From assembly GCA_963770935.1 (NCBI GenBank), contig CAVYRJ010000015.1, forward strand, positions 1 through 41,799: 41,799 bases of DNA, in the 5' to 3' direction. Source of the stretch: Candidatus Bathyarchaeota archaeon (lineage in GTDB: Archaea > Thermoproteota > Bathyarchaeia > Bathyarchaeales > Bathycorpusculaceae). This document shows, piece by piece, positions 39,991 through 41,799 of this stretch; the stretch's first letter is position 1, and each line of letters starts with the position of its first letter. The notes under the pieces are model-generated. The model did no database searches. It saw nothing but the letters and a program-made list of their open reading frames with translations, and was not told where the DNA came from. The position numbers and the translations under genes are program-made.

Positions 39991-40152
39991 ATGGAGACAC
40001 CCCTGCAAATTGAAAGTATGCCGCAAGAGAGCAAAACGGAAGCAGAAGCTCTAGCTACCGAGAGATGCACTACTTTTTTAATCGGTTGGTGTAAGAGGTT
40101 TGGAACAGCATCGAACCTTTTTGTGTTCCCCCAAACAATAAAGAGCACCTGA
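39991..40152 (+). CDS. Possible 53-aa small protein
   Basis: METPLQIESMPQESK...FLIGWCKRFG...FVFP. It fills the gap between two RAM-domain genes on the same strand. Confidence 0.35.
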   Translation: METPLQIESMPQESKTEAEALATERCTTFLIGWCKRFGTASNLFVFPQTIKST

Positions 40153-40193
40153 ACCTCTGAAACCAACTCACCCCAAAAAAGGAGAAAACAAAA

Positions 40194-40478
40194 ATGCCAA
40201 TAGCTTATATTCTAATAAACACCGAAATTGGAGCCGAAAAAGAAGTTCGCGGTGCCCTAAAAAAAGTTGAAGGCGTCGAAGAAGTGCACAACCTATGGGG
40301 CGTCTATGATTTAATCGCAAACCTCCAAGCCGAAAGCATGGATGAACTTAAGTACATAATAACACAAAAAATTGAAAAAATCGGCAAAATACACTCTAAA
40401 TTAACAATGATAATAGCTGAAAAAACCCAAAAATCAAATCAAGAGCAAGTCCTTTTTGAAAACCCGCTAATCCAGTAA
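40194..40478 (+). CDS. Stand-alone Lrp/AsnC ligand-binding (RAM) domain protein
   Basis: MPIAYILINTEIGAE...LWGVYDLIA...SKLTMII. RBS GGAG. Confidence 0.9.
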   Translation: MPIAYILINTEIGAEKEVRGALKKVEGVEEVHNLWGVYDLIANLQAESMDELKYIITQKIEKIGKIHSKLTMIIAEKTQKSNQEQVLFENPLIQ

Positions 40479-40550
40479 AGCTAAGCTTAAACTAACAATA
40501 TTTTTTACCTTCCAACCCATCTTCTTATTTTAATTTGGAAAGCGGTCGCC

Positions 40551-41799
40551 ATGAAACACCATCGGACAATGCATATTGGGCTTGATGACACAGACTCAAC
40601 CAAGGGCGGCTGCACAACCTACCTCGCCGCGGTGCTGGTCGAAAAGCTGGCTCAACTGCAAGTGAAATTTACCGATTACCCTGCATTGATTCGGCTTAAT
40701 CCAAATGTGCCTTGGAAAACACGGGGAAACGGCGCCCTCTGCCTACGCTTCCGTTACCCCGCCGAACAGGAAGACGCCATAAAGCAGTCTGGCTTTGGAC
40801 CTTTGGGAACAGCATGCCCACGTAAACGACAAAGGAACCGACCCCGGAATTGTCTTTTACAAGGGCGAAAAAATCCCCCAAGAGCTAACCGATTTTTCCC
40901 AGCGGGCCAAAACCTGTATTGTCACCTTAAAAGAAGCCGTTGCGCTAATCCAACAGTTCGGCGCCGAAGCGTTAGGCTACAACACCTGCCGCGGAATCAT
41001 CGGTTCCCTTGCAGCAATCGGCGAAACCCTCACAGGCGACTACACTTACGAGTTAATAGCTTACCGCACCCCAGCCAATTGGGGCACAAAACGCAAAGTC
41101 GATGAAGAATCCATTTTCAACATGGACAAGCAGTTGCAGCCCCAAGTCTTCAACAACGTTGACTACGAAAAAAAGCGTGTCATCATTACCCCGCGTGGTC
41201 CTGACCCCATCCTTTTCGGCATCCGAGGCGAATCAGCCCAAGCCGTAAAGCAGGCTTTTGGTCTTGTTAAGCCACTGGAGCCGGTCGAACGTTGGGTGGT
41301 TTTCCGTTCAAACCAAGGAACAGACGCGCACCTAACAAGGGCGGACTCGATTTCCGCGTTGGAGCCTTACCGTTCTGTAATCGTTCAAGGCGAAGTATGC
41401 CAGAACCCCCGCATTGTCCCAGTACGGCACGTTATTTTCAGCATTAAGGATGCTTCGGGAGAGGTGGATTGTGCCGCTTACGAACCCACAGGCGACCTTC
41501 GCAAAACCGCCAGAGAACTAATCGTCGGCGACACCGTAGAAGTTGTTGGGGCAGTCCACAAAGCCACCAAAACCAAACCATTAACCCTCAACCTCGAAAA
41601 AATCCGTGTCCTCAAACTTGCACAAAAACTCGAAAAACAAAACCCGCTTTGTCCCACCTGCGGAAAACGCCTAAAATCCATGGGCAAAAATCAGGGGCTC
41701 AGATGCGAGAAATGCGGCCCAAATACGCTGAATTAAAAAAACAGGAATCTGCCCTGCCACGGGAGCTTAAACTGGGTTTGTATGTTACTTCTACGCGGT
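40551..41799 (+). CDS. tiaS: tRNA(Ile2) 2-agmatinylcytidine synthetase, frameshifted and 3'-truncated
   Basis: HIGLDDTDS..GGCTTY, LIRLNPNVPWKTRGNGA, GIIGSLAAIG, PDPILFGIRG, NQGTDAH, OB fold AAYEPTG and NP.CP.CG. Confidence 0.95.

Noticed and set aside
40551-41799. Programmed frameshifting or pseudogenisation of tiaS (also trmI)
   Set aside because: Indels are scattered across unrelated genes without slippery-site structure. Assembly error is simpler.
1-41799. CRISPR array, rRNA genes or DDE transposases
   Set aside because: No regularly spaced repeats or matching motifs were seen.

Overview
Archaeal chromosomal window, most likely Bathyarchaeia (TACK). This is inferred from tiaS, archaeal trmI, DUF996 paralogues, stand-alone Lrp/AsnC ligand-binding domains, TATA-type promoters and a box C/D RNA. 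Housekeeping content: tRNA-Ser(TGA), tRNA-Val(GAC), pyrG, trmI, tiaS (truncated), rubrerythrin, a JAMM protease, a radical SAM protein and many small regulators. Many genes, including tiaS and trmI, are broken by single-base indels, which points to assembly error rather than true pseudogenes. Most notable observations: (1) a compact ~1.8 kb tyrosine-integrase module with upstream tandem hairpins, a convergent HEPN-like cargo gene, short imperfect inverted ends and an adjacent GCGAAGC-containing foldback; (2) an unannotated dual-guide box C/D sRNA whose D guide is complementary to 23S rRNA helix 69; (3) a DUF2400-like domain fused to a T7 endonuclease I-like nuclease domain; (4) a leaderless poly-Cys mini-ORF with an in-frame UGA that folds into a hairpin; (5) clear palindromic operators beside ArsR, PadR and DUF1724-type regulators; (6) three stand-alone RAM domains within 3 kb. 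Family calls come from motif recognition by eye, not database searches.
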